From NCBI GenBank assembly GCA_003344405.1, contig NOWV01000253.1:1-64000 (forward strand): a DNA stretch of 64,000 nt, given 5' to 3'. The translations under genes were made by a program, and so were the position numbers. Below the pieces are notes generated by a model that was not told the DNA's origin, made no database searches, and worked only from the letters and a program-made list of their open reading frames with translations. Source of the DNA: Trichoplax sp. H2. Lineage: Eukaryota. Below are positions 51,748 to 64,000 of the stretch, in pieces. Position 1 is the stretch's first letter; every line of letters starts with the position of its first letter.

Positions 51748-53850
51748 ATGGTGATATGCGACTGCATAGTCAGTAGGATTACTTTACTACTGGACTGACG
51801 TAAATCCATGTGCTCATAGCAGACAGATAATATCATACATCTTGGCATTTCGTTCTGCGATACAACTACGACATTTCTATAATCCATTTGAATCAAGAAA
51901 CAATAATCATTGGTATACCAATAAAACTACCACGATGAACAATCCAAGATACTCGATGATGTATGTGCACCGTGAAAGCAGCAGCAATAACCCGCTTCAA
52001 GGTAGGACCACGGTAAGCATGGAAAGCTAGAATTTTTTCTTGGTCGATGGTTCGATTGAATAGAGTGCAGTCGTAGATAGCTAGCATCGAAGTCTACTAC
52101 GGAATAGAAATATCACCGATTCAATGATGAATTACATATCATATCGCCTGTCATTAATGGGGTTGAGTTTTATTATGTCGATGCAAATAATTTGGAATCT
52201 GTATTAACTTGAGAAAACTCAACCACTTTTAGCTCGTCCAGCCTTAATTTTGACACGTGCTTTCCTTTTATCGATTCAGAGCAAGGCTGATTAGTTCCAA
52301 CATAGACTAAAAATACCGGTGTTTTAGTAGCTCATGGTTGCGATAAAAAGGAAAAAAATTTTGTAAATTATTGTTGTGCCTATGGCATAGATAAATATTA
52401 ATTATTTCATTCTAAGCTAGGCCTATTTTCTACACATATTTGTTTAAATAAAGGAAGTTGTTGTAGTCGTGAAAATAATATCGTTAGCTATAATCAACAA
52501 ATACTACTAGTAACAGTATTGACCGTACCTTATTCATTAATAACGTGCATAGCACTATATAGATCTGTCGCAACTATTTGTTGTTGAGCAAACATACCAT
52601 CATCCGGCCCTTGTATATTTTACCTAAATTAGACCCCGTGGATATCGACTGGTTAAGCTATCGATTGCAAGATAGCAAGCATAGCGAATGAGATGATGAC
52701 CTATGCGTATATTTGCATCAATGCTAGTTGCTATTTTGACATGTTAATTCGAAGTTATCAGACCAGTTTGTATGGGAGATTGTAGGGAGTTGGCATACGT
52801 TAGATTCCTATCCTTGCCAAATCTTAGGTAAAGTAAAATGGGATTTATACACGTATATACCTCATGCTTTATAGTGAAAGAGATGACTTAAATTGAAAGA
52901 TTCAAATAAAGAAGCGCTCGGTATGAAATGATGGAAAAACTTTCACCCTGACATTCTTCATGGTAACTTGGATAACTGAACAAAATATGCATTGCTATTC
53001 TTTGTTGAAAATCAATATTTTTTAAATTGAAAAATTTTATTACTGTATTAGTATTATACTATTGTACTTTGTAGGAAAATAATTTTCACTGAGATTAGTA
53101 AGAGTGCAATCATTCAATAAACAGAGTAGAATCTTTTTATTAAAATTAGAAATGGCATGATCATTGACCTAAGAAATTATAAAATATTTTACCTTATATT
53201 ATAATCTTGAATGATTAGGAAAGAGATCGCAGTAAATATTCATAACAGCTTTTTTAAGCGATAAGTCGGTGTTTATAGTCGGTATGATTGGGATTAATAT
53301 CGTGGTTATTGAGTCTAATTTGCAATGGAATAGTACTATGAAAGAAATACTTTTTCGATTTTCATTAATGATAATTTCGATTTCGTTGTATCACAATTTA
53401 ATAATAATATAAGCATTCTATAGAAAAATCGTCCAGAAATAAAGTTATTCGGTGAAATACATAATAATACGTTTATAAATCATAATCAATTAGAATGCTT
53501 ATTGCTAAGATTAGTGCATGCCGTACATCGCTGAATTTCGAAAGTAGCACGAAATTATACATGTACAATTTTTTATGATATTGTTACTGTAGATTTATTG
53601 CTTTGATATTCTATATTAACTATAAGATTCATTGTGTAATACTAATACATAAATTCTTAAAATTGTTCTAGATGGCGGTTACTAACATTTATCTGCCTTA
53701 GTGACAAGCAACATTGCAGCCTACATTAGATGGTCGTCATCAAAATCTCGTTGCGAAGTAAAAACCATATCTACTCCACGGCTATTACGCATACTCAATT
53801 AATTAAAGAGCCCAGAATGGAGTGGTTACTATCCTATAAAACCTACTGAA
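51748..53850 (+). pseudogene. Decayed sixth DUF4735-like paralog, most similar to paralog 5
   Basis: Exon-1 relic: AAATCCATGTGCTCAT and AATCAAGAAACAATAATCATTGG vs paralog 5 AAATCAATGTGCTCAC and AATCAAGCAAGAGATAATCATTGA. Exon-2 3' end (about 52758-52827): SDQFVWEIVGSWHTLDSYPCQIL|GT vs SNQCLWEIVGSWPYYRRPCNLS. Exon-5 relic from 53672: DGGY*HLSALVTSNIAAYIRW. Contains stops and frameshifts. Confidence 0.75.
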
Positions 53851-54547
53851 GATCAATAATATTGTTGTTGTGAAAAGTTATTTTCGATCTGATATACTAA
53901 ATTTACTCACGTATTGATAATGCTATGTTGTATTTTAATGTTTAAATTATCTAAAGCTGAATATATATATATGTAAATTCGGGTACTAGATACCAATACT
54001 GTATTAGGTGTAAAGAGGAATATTAAATTATGGTGTAGTCATAATTTGATTTATTCTTTCTATATAAATGACGGAGTATCAAGAATATGCTACGTTCTTA
54101 CAGTATATTATAACATTGCAATATCTGATGTGCCATGATAAGAAAAATAGTTAGTCATTAATGTAATTCTTTACACAGGAAATTTTTATTCACAGGTATA
54201 AACTTTTACACCGTAGTCAATGAATGAATAGTAGTAGTAGTAGTGTGATTTTGTTGCCGCAAGGATTGTACACCATCGTTACTTCAAAGGTTCACTACGA
54301 GTAGTGTTGTCTAAATATGTACCAAATATATATGGCATATAGATAAACAACAGGGCATAAACTTCATCAAATTGCCCTAATAGCAACCTCAAACAACAAT
54401 CAATATACATAAAAAGTTAAGCTTTACACCCGATGCTACATATACAAATATACTTTAACATCGCGAGTTGACGAAAATTGCACTTAGTAATATACGTAAT
54501 CGAAGAGCATCATCCTATAATGTGCTCAACTTATTCTTAATACTGAA

Positions 54548-57500
54548 CTAAACCCACGCTTGCCAACCGTGAAATAATTTTGATAAATTTTTAGGTTCTC
54601 TCGCTTCATGAATTAGATGATTAACTTGCCCGCTAATACTTAATACGATACCATTTTCTGTACCGTTTAATTTTTGTCTAACGCGTAAAAGTGCTCGTTC
54701 AGCCATTTTATTTCCAGAAGATTTATCTTGGGTAGTTTTATCTCCACGTTTATAATAATCAAGTAATTCTTCATCACCAGAAGGCGTGCCAGACGAATCT
54801 TCATTGCCAGTGTTCTCCGTCGATCCATGATCTTTGCTACGCCGGCGTTGTAGCGCAATTGCTTTCAATGGACTAATATTCCAAGCGTATAGAGGATCAT
54901 ATAGCAAAACTTCTAAAATAGTTAGTAAGGAATCTTGGGAATGACGCATAACTGCCATTGTCTTTTCACAGCATCGACGAAATACACCTTCAACTCCAGT
55001 TATACCCATACCATCTACTATATCTCGAGTTAAACGAAATGGGACAGTCTCCGGTGTAGGTAGTACACGTCCTTGCTCGAATGCAATACCAAAATCAATG
55101 TGAATTAACTCTGCTGTAGTTCGGTCGACCAGGATATTTTGTACATGGCGATCACCAAGCCCGACAACGTAACCAACAATTGAAGATGCTGCTACACTTC
55201 TTGTATAGGCTAAACGCCTTTCAAACCATTCAACAGGATTTAAAAAGTTTTCGAAAAAGAAGTGACGAAATACCGGATGAAAATGATCGGTAATTTCATG
55301 ATAAGAATGAAGTTTATTTGTTGAATTTACAAGCTTTCTCTTACAATCCATCGAAGCCCAATCCTTTGGGTTATAACGCTTATGTGCACCATGAAGTTTA
55401 ATATCAGATCCACCTAACAAATATTGACCTATAGGTTGAGTATTTTCACACCATTCAACGATACCAGAACGTTGAGATAATGGAATTACCTACAGTATTA
55501 AAAATTTTTTAAATTACTTTCCATATTTTATGAATGTACTACGAGCGTATTACGCCCATAAAGGAAAACAATAAAAATTGGCATCATTTGAATTTATGTG
55601 AGAAATATAAGAAAGGTTATTCGAAATATTTTTTCAACGATATGTGCACTAATAACGTACAATTCCTACTCTATTTCATTTTTGTGAACATCTTAAATTC
55701 ATTACTATGACCCTATGAGCCATAATGCTGTTATCAACTACTGGCATGTCAAAATTAGCATGGTGACTAAGATGTGGTTTTTAAATATTGTGCTCTAATG
55801 ACTGTAGTTGCAATTAGATTAATTACATCAAATGAACTAAAATGTACTGGTTAAAATATTAGTGCAACTAAGTTCAACGGCAAGAGTACTACTGTACTCT
55901 GATATAGAATAGATAGCAATATTGCGATAATCTAATGCATTTAACTTACTTTATACGTTCTTATTCGGAGCTTACGCTTCGACGCTTCGACGTCACTTGA
56001 TAGTAAGATATTAACTAAACAAAACACTTGCTGCATAACAGCATCCTGTCGTAAATCATCTTTGCCTTTGACTAATTGTTGTCTTGTTACTCCATCTGTA
56101 CCAATACAACTTATTATCTTTGGTAAGTTAATGCCACCAACCAGGCGAAAATGGCTCTCAATTTGTTCAATGTAAATGACATTTTCATATTCACATGTAG
56201 GGTCAATTTTGATATCACAGGTTAACATTGGCGCTTGGTGACTAGCATTAATTTTAAGTAATGCTAAATCAGATGGAATTGGAACTGATGTCCGCATATA
56301 CCTATATTGATGAGGTACTTCAGAATATGCTAGTTCAATGTATGCGTTGCAAAGTCCTTCTAACGTATCAATTAAGTTTCCAATTTTACTAAAACTCAAT
56401 CTAGCAATCATATTCCTAGCAGCATCGGTCAGTTTTTGATCAACTAGTAAGCTATCGCGTTTATTAGTATTTGACCGTGCTTTAAGACTTTCGCTTGAAT
56501 TTTTACTCAAGCTGTCGCCTATATAAGTAAAATCTTTTTTTGCGTTGCTTAGTGCTAATATCACTGGTAAAGTATGAAACGGGTGTTCTTGCGCAGTGCG
56601 AAAGATAATTTGATTAAGGCTATCAGTAAATAGTTTTTCTGCCGTAGAACTACCCATTCTAGCTGCTAGTTGATACATTAATGGAAGAAATTTCTTCGAT
56701 TGTATTTTTAGTTGTTCTTGACCAATAATTTCGTTGATATTGTGGTACTGCCAGTTTTCAAACCATAATGAGCATAAGCGAAATACACGCACATCATGAT
56801 CGTCACCAAATTGTAAGCAATGAATGTAATTAGTAATTGCAAGTTTTAGAAATTTGATTTTGTCATCAAGCAATTGCTTCTCTTCCGATTCGTCAATTCT
56901 ACTTTGTATTTCTAACAATTTCTTATATCGTCTAGCATTATCTTGTGTATTAACGCTCTTTGTGCCTTTTAGTAATTCTAAATCAGATTTGGATTGGCGA
57001 ATCAAGTGCTTTTTTTCTTCAAATTCATTTGATTTTAAATAAGTTACAATTTTTTGATATTGTGCATCAGCATAACAACCTAGCGATAAAAATGCATCAA
57101 TAGAAATACTTTGCATTTCTTCGATACTATTTTGTAATAGCTGTATTGATTTACTTAAGTAATTTTCAATAATATTGTTTGGATTTTCGGAATAACTGTC
57201 TCCCAGCCATTTGCCGTACAGACCTAATGCACGACAATACAATGCTTTAACATTGTTGTCATTATAACCATTTGATTTCTGTTGCCGTTCTATATCACTA
57301 ATTAAACTCTGCATAATGCATTTACAAACATCTTGTTCACCTTTAGCCCAAAATAACTGTGATTCTTCCAATTGGCAATGCCAATTACTGCAGATATCTA
57401 CTTTATCTTGGTTGTACTTAATGAGTAATTGCTTCCAACGAAATAAGACATTTTCTGCTAACTGATATCGACCAGCTTGTCGCGCCAACTTTGCATACAT

Positions 57501-60500
57501 TTGTAGGTGTTTGGTTAGAGCGTTTAATATTGGCGCTACTTCTACTTTATATTGAGGATTACTGATATCGTATTGTGGATAGTTAGATGCAAGTATTAAA
57601 TTTAGCGAAGTACAACGAAGTGTAATGATTGGCTCTATTAAACTGAAGTCGCTTTTAAGGTTATGAGTCGATAATCTTTGATCCCATTCCTTAAACAAAT
57701 CAGCTAAGTCTAATCCGTCAAATATGTAACGGCCAAATTCTTCCAACTCTAGTAGCTGTTGTAATTTCATCATTGAATCATACATTCGAGTAATACTTTC
57801 TAAACTGTTTTCACTAATTTCCTTCATAATACCTGATCTTGATTTCTTTATTAAAGTGGTTAATGTTAATTCATCTTTATCATCAATAGCACGGATAGAC
57901 TTATACAAGTTACAGTGGAAACCGTCGGTTGGAATTAATTTTTGTGTATCTAATGAAATTTCAGTCCAACAAGTTGAACGCCAAGCATTTTCATATAGAT
58001 ATTCAGAAACTTCTGAAGATTTATCCGGGTACCTAGTTAATAATGTAGTCAAGCACATTTCCATGGAATGGTATAGCCCTGCGTTTCTCATAGAATCAAT
58101 TAATGTTAAGTCATGTAATTCATTCGATGGCCTTGCTGCTGAAGGATATTTAATCGCATATTGTGATTGAATATCGTATACACTTAATGCTTGATTCCAC
58201 TTGTCTTCATGTCGATACATTTCTACTCTACCAGCTAACGATGCTAGATGTTGTGATTCAATGCCGTAAACATAATCGGGCTCACCAATATTGCTATAGG
58301 CTTTCGTAAGTAAAGAATGATAATTTGTTTCATCCAATTCTTCATCCTCATCCCTATTGGTAAAATCGATTAGTTGAGCTAGAAATTTTATAATTTATCT
58401 CAGTAAACCATTCTTGACTGTTGCTATTATGTACAAAGCTAGTAATGATTGACAGACGTACAACATACTATAACAGTATATTATAGTATATCACTTACAA
58501 TTCTTGACGATAATTGTGCCATATTTCAATGTATAAAAGAGAAGTATAATAAGCATCGCAACTTTGTGCGACACGAGCTAAATCGAGAAAATTTAAATCT
58601 AACCAAAAGTTATTTCCCCATGGAGTTTTCGATCTAAAGTAGCAGCAAAATAAGACATTAGTTTCTAGGCTTAAACTTGGTTAGATAACCAGTGTTGCGA
58701 ACAATGCACAAAGCTTTGAATCATCATGAAAAGAGTATATTGAAACAGCGATTACAATATGTTCTTACCCAGGTTTTTCTTGCGTTCGTAGGTAATTGAT
58801 CATATCTAAGATTGCTTTGTAGGATTCCTTGTTAGAATTACTCACTACTTTTGTACTATCACTCTGTGAATTTTTGACGACATTATAGTCGTTACTAACA
58901 CCTTTTACATTAGCTTTAGATAAAAATGTTTGCAAGGAATGTGAGAAAATAGCTCGTGCGTCATGACCAAAGGATGAAACAATATCTTTAACTAAATATG
59001 GAAAGCTAAATTCAGCAAATTCTGCCTATTTACAAAATAAAATTAAGAACGAAGGGGAGAGCATAAGGATAACACACTTGCGATATATTGGAGGAGATAT
59101 ATGTTAGCACTCACTTCGAGAGCATAAAGGGAACCCAAACGTTGTAAGATAGCATCTTGAGCACAACTTGCTAGCTCACTTGTCAACTGTACAATCCATT
59201 CAGAATGAGGGATGGACAGTTTAGAGTCAAAAAAACGACGAACAACCCGATTCAGAGCACTTAATTGATAGTCACTATTAGGGCTATCTATTGAAGTACT
59301 TGGTGCAAGCTAGGTATCACAAGCAAGAAAGGAATTAAGAGTGCATCAATAACTGTCATTGCTCTAGTTCATCATTATTTTAATACAGCCAATTGTAAAT
59401 ATGCCACTACGTGTAATCTTTACTAATTACTAGCTGATATCCTGCAGTATATGCCGCTAAATACTCCAAGCTGCTATTACATACCATATCAGTAAACGGC
59501 GTTAAATACAAATTTAACCCGTAATGATGAAGCCGACTAGATACAAGAAGCTCTTTACATTTTGGTAAGGATAAAATTGATTTCAAACATTTCGATGCCG
59601 CTTGGACGATCTTAACACTAACGTAAATAAATTGTTTAGTATAAATATGTTGATAGACAGTATTCGAAAAAATCAATGTAATTTCACGTACTCATGATTT
59701 ATAAGAAAATTGGATAAGTAATTTAATAACATAACAGTTCGCTTTTCTTCATCGTGAGATGAATTAACTTCCAGTTCATAAGACTCTATTTCGAAAACAG
59801 ATATCGAGATGATGATATCTACATCCTTTCAAATTTTTTTAGAAGTATATCAGAAGCATTGATATGATCTAATTTCAGTAACTTACTTTTACATGAATTT
59901 AAGGCAACAGGATTTAAGCTGACTGCACCTAACTCTCCCAAACATCGACTAGCCTCTTCCTGGATCTGACAGCTAATGTCAGATACATTGGTCGAGAAGA
60001 GATTTGTCATTTCTGAACTTCGATTAAGTTGTAGTAGCTTGTGAATTACTTTGGCTAACAGTTGATCTGTTATTAAAGAAGTCAGTCATGATATGGTACG
60101 ATTAAGAAATAATGTAACATAATCTGTACATCATTATCCATTGATTTAACAATACGAGCGCATTTAGTATAATATGCATTCAGATTAAATTAACTTGAAA
60201 AGATATTAAGGAAGCAAATCAACTTATCTGACCGTATTCAGGACTGTCTAACTTGACAAAATCGTTCCTGGATCTTTCTAATAATTTCTTAATAAAGCGA
60301 ATTCCATCAAGTCGATATGCAGAGGAGGTATAACTGCTGCCGTCCGCTAAAGATTCAAGTTCCTTACAGTAAAAGATCACCAATAACTTTAATAACTCCG
60401 CTCCATTTAAAATATGGTGATAATTACGTATTACATAATTACAGGAAACTCTGGAAGATAACTTAATCGGGTAATACCTACCTGTAATAATGATACAGAT

Positions 60501-63500
60501 TCACGTTTATCTTTTTGTATGTTAATTAGTTCTGTAAACGAAGATAGTTTAGGCAAAAGATCCAGTGATTTCAACGCTTCTATATATTCACATGGCCTTT
60601 CATTATCGCTAATCAGGTAGTTGATCATTCCTTTTGCCTTTAGTAGATAAACAGATTGAAGGTATTAAGTCGATGTTAAATAGTACAAACTTATTGAAAT
60701 ATTACATTTTTTCCAACTGCATCCTGGCGCTCAGCTATTGGTACCAATGTAGTAATAACCACTTGCAAATGCTGGCTAAATTCCTTCATTTGATTTAATT
60801 CGGTAGAATGATGACTTTTGTTAGCGACAGTGATCATTTTACTATTAGCAACATGAGTTTAATTAATTTTGTTAGTCGCTACCGTTGGTAACTTCTTTAA
60901 TCCAGCTTCACACACAAGTTTTAACAGCTCTAAACATCCATTTATTATATCATCTTCGTATGCATTAATCACTAATGGGAACAGACATTAAACACCTAGC
61001 AGTTAAGTTAGAGGTAACTGAAACCTTCGGATATGCAGCATTTAAAATTGTGACTCTAATTATTATTATAATATACCTTTGAGGTACGTAACTTACCTGC
61101 CTTCGTTGAGTTATTGCCAACATCAATTATTCTTTTTTTACAAGGTTTGCTCATGGTTCGCAATAAAGTAAATATAATATCTCTTAAAATGAAGGCTGCG
61201 TTATTTCTGAATCCATTTGGAAATTCTTTAAGTAACAGTTGTACAAACAGCCGATACATACACAGCTCTCTTCGTCGTTCATAGACAAAGTGTGCTTTAT
61301 CCAAACGCATTGCTAGAGATAATAGTACGCTTTGTATCCCATCCTTTAACAATTTAATTATCATATTACTTTCTAACAATCTTTCAACTATAGTTAATTA
61401 TACATATACGCATGTATATATGGGTGTACAGATGGCTCAATCTTATACTACAGTATTAATGAATAATCAGTTTGATTTATCTCTAAAGTTTCTTAGGTAA
61501 TGATAATTTCAATATCAATGCAATTAGTGACTTACTTTAGAATTTCCTAATAATGATACTAATATGGACTTGTCAGTTTTCCTCTTTAGCCAGGAGTTAA
61601 CAATATAATCCAAGGTGTCTCTGATAGTGTAAGCAGTATAGTATGGAGGATTTGGTTCAGGATCGTCATCCCTAAAATAGAAAGAAAGAATTTAAACTCA
61701 ATATTTGAATTATCACAAAATGTTACTTTATATAATTGTTTTTCATAAAGTAATGATAAAGAAAGAGACAATAGTATAAGCTTACAGCAAAGGATCAGCA
61801 TACATGATTAATAAACTCAGTGATTCAAAAATAAACAAAAATATAGCGATTGAGAACTAAAATTACCAATAGGCAATAACCGTAATGTATTATGTTGGCG
61901 CTACCGAATTCATTAAAGCACTTTGTAAATAACTGTTGGTAGCTAATTTACACTTACTTTGTAAATCGGGCGGTGTCTGATGGTTCACTAGGAGTTTCAT
62001 ACAAACATGACAACAGATTCACGACTATATCATCGATTTTTTGGCAGACAAGCTTACGAACAGTCTATAAGAATTATGTGAGCATAACGTAAGAATAATC
62101 TAAATTTGAACTATTTATACGAGTAAAACGTAATAAATTAACCAGAGTATTTTTAAGGCTTTTAAAAACAGTCAAAGAAATTCGCTACTAATTTCCTGAT
62201 ACTAAAACCTACATCTTTACTAAGTAGCTGTTCTATAATATGGTAGCTAGTCAAGGCTTTCCTAGCTAAACTACTCTCGATTTCGGTCTTAGGTGTACTC
62301 TTTTCGTCGGAAATTCCCAAACTAGGAAAAATAGAAACCACGCAGTACGAAAAACAACGAGAAACAACTTCTTCAATATTTTGCCGAGCAATTTGGACGA
62401 CCGTCTTTAATTGCGAAGAATCACCATTAGCTATTATCCTTGGAATAAGCTCTAATTGATATTCCCTATTGAATAATTCATATAATATGCATTTACCTTA
62501 CTAGTAATTAGGAATTAGTATGCACTATTGATATACTCGACTAAAACTTGGCTCTTACTGTATAAATCTTTGCATGTCTAGTTCTTTGAGGCTCTGATCA
62601 GATAAGCCCAATAATTGAAATGGAAATTCTAATACTTTTAAGTTTTCCTTAAGCCATCGATGAATAATATATCCAAGATGTGGGCGTAGATAACGATCTA
62701 CTCGTTCATAATTTAATGACTGTGCAACACGTGTAAGGATCTATTTATAACATAATTACGATGTCATTAATTTTGACAAGCTCATTCTTGTGGTAATAGT
62801 GTTAATTACCATTACCTTATAAATGATGTCTAAGTAATGTTTACTGTTTTGTGCAATTCGAAAGATAAGAAACAGTGCTTTTTTTTCGCATACTGCAACA
62901 TTAATAGCAATAGTAGCTAGGGTTGCTAACACACTGTGTGTTTTATTATTAGTTAAGTCATGATGAAGATCACCAGTATCACTATCTGAGCGATTAGATT
63001 CCTAGTCAATAAGTAAATAGCGCAAATTAAAGCAAGGCCAAATCAAGAAACTAAGGCGCTCTACATAATAACTGACCTTGAAATTAATCAGCTCCAATAT
63101 TGTCGCTTCGACTTCATCGTATATTTTTTGTTGTTCTACCTTTGGCAATTGTGAACAAACTTCGGTTTTATTGTTTGACCTAAAACATTTTTCGAACTTG
63201 TACTTTGCAAAAACGGACGCCAAAGATGTTGATACGAACATTCTGACTTCATGATCGTCGTCACCAAGTAAGGTTAAATACATTTCCTTGATCGATTTGT
63301 CTACATGTATTATACAATTTATTAAATTTTTTGTACGAGTAATATTATAATGTATCGAAAAGTATTTATTTCATCGATATTTCGATATCACTAAAGGTAT
63401 ATAATTGTAGCAATAATATAACGGTGAATAAGGTATTTAGGATTGCCTTATTACCTGCTGCAGCAGCATCAGTAATTTGGTTGCAACACTGTGAGCTTGA

Positions 63501-64000
63501 ATTAATCTATATTATAGGAAAAAATTTTAGTATCGTAAGGCGGTTTCATGTATAAATTGTTACCTTTCATAACGAGTGCACCATAAATAAAATTTTTTTC
63601 AATATTAAAGTTATTAATTATTAAATAGATAAGTCGCTAACCTTAATGTACTGTAAGAGACATTTTGCAAATTGAATTTTGACGTTTGTGCTATAAGATC
63701 TTTTATAGCTTGTAGCAGACAGTAACTTCCTATAACAAATAATTATTATATAGTTATGTATTATTTAATAAGAACGCTACATACAAGAAAGGAAATATTA
63801 CCAAAATGCGGTTAAGATAGTGCAACAAATCTCTCTACAGGAATCCACAATTCTTTTATTGCAGTAATACTTTAAAGGCATAAAGTGTTGCGATAAGGAG
63901 TGAAGCATCCTCAATCCTTCTACACATATAATATTATCCCATTTATTGTTTCTTATAATTGCCAGTAAAAGTTCTAACAACACTTGAAGATCTTCTGCAG
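54548..64000 (-). CDS. ATM: Serine-protein kinase ATM, 3' portion (HEAT, FAT, kinase, FATC); continues beyond the window
   Basis: [103 protein letters not shown]. Last exons 54548-55489 and 55950-58353, with many short exons upstream (e.g. [11 protein letters not shown]). Confidence 0.96.

Noticed and set aside
52161..52224. 11-bp inverted repeat GGTTGAGTTTT/AAAACTCAACC
   Set aside because: Isolated, with no target-site duplication or second copy in the window.

Overview
AT-rich, intron-dense eukaryotic (animal) genomic DNA. Gene content and compact introns suggest an early-branching metazoan such as a placozoan (Trichoplax-like); this is an inference. In order: (1) 3' end of a 28S rRNA gene, then a spacer of two 51/41-bp subrepeat arrays and a duplicated ~640-bp block that ends abruptly in single-copy DNA, likely the edge of an rDNA array; (2) a multi-exon TARBP1/TRM3 tRNA Gm18 methyltransferase; (3) a ~420-nt unannotated, hairpin-dense segment; (4) a tandem array of five intact 5-exon paralogs of the C16orf89/UPF0764 (DUF4735) family, each with a signal peptide, a C-terminal transmembrane helix and a short tail with a YxxPhi motif; (5) a DMRT gene (DM zinc module + DMA domain) lacking the canonical DNA-recognition helix; (6) a decayed sixth DUF4735 copy not evident from the ORF track; (7) the 3' part of ATM on the minus strand, with very few introns at its 3' end. 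Exon boundaries were read by eye from GT/AG sites and paralog alignment; no database searches were run.
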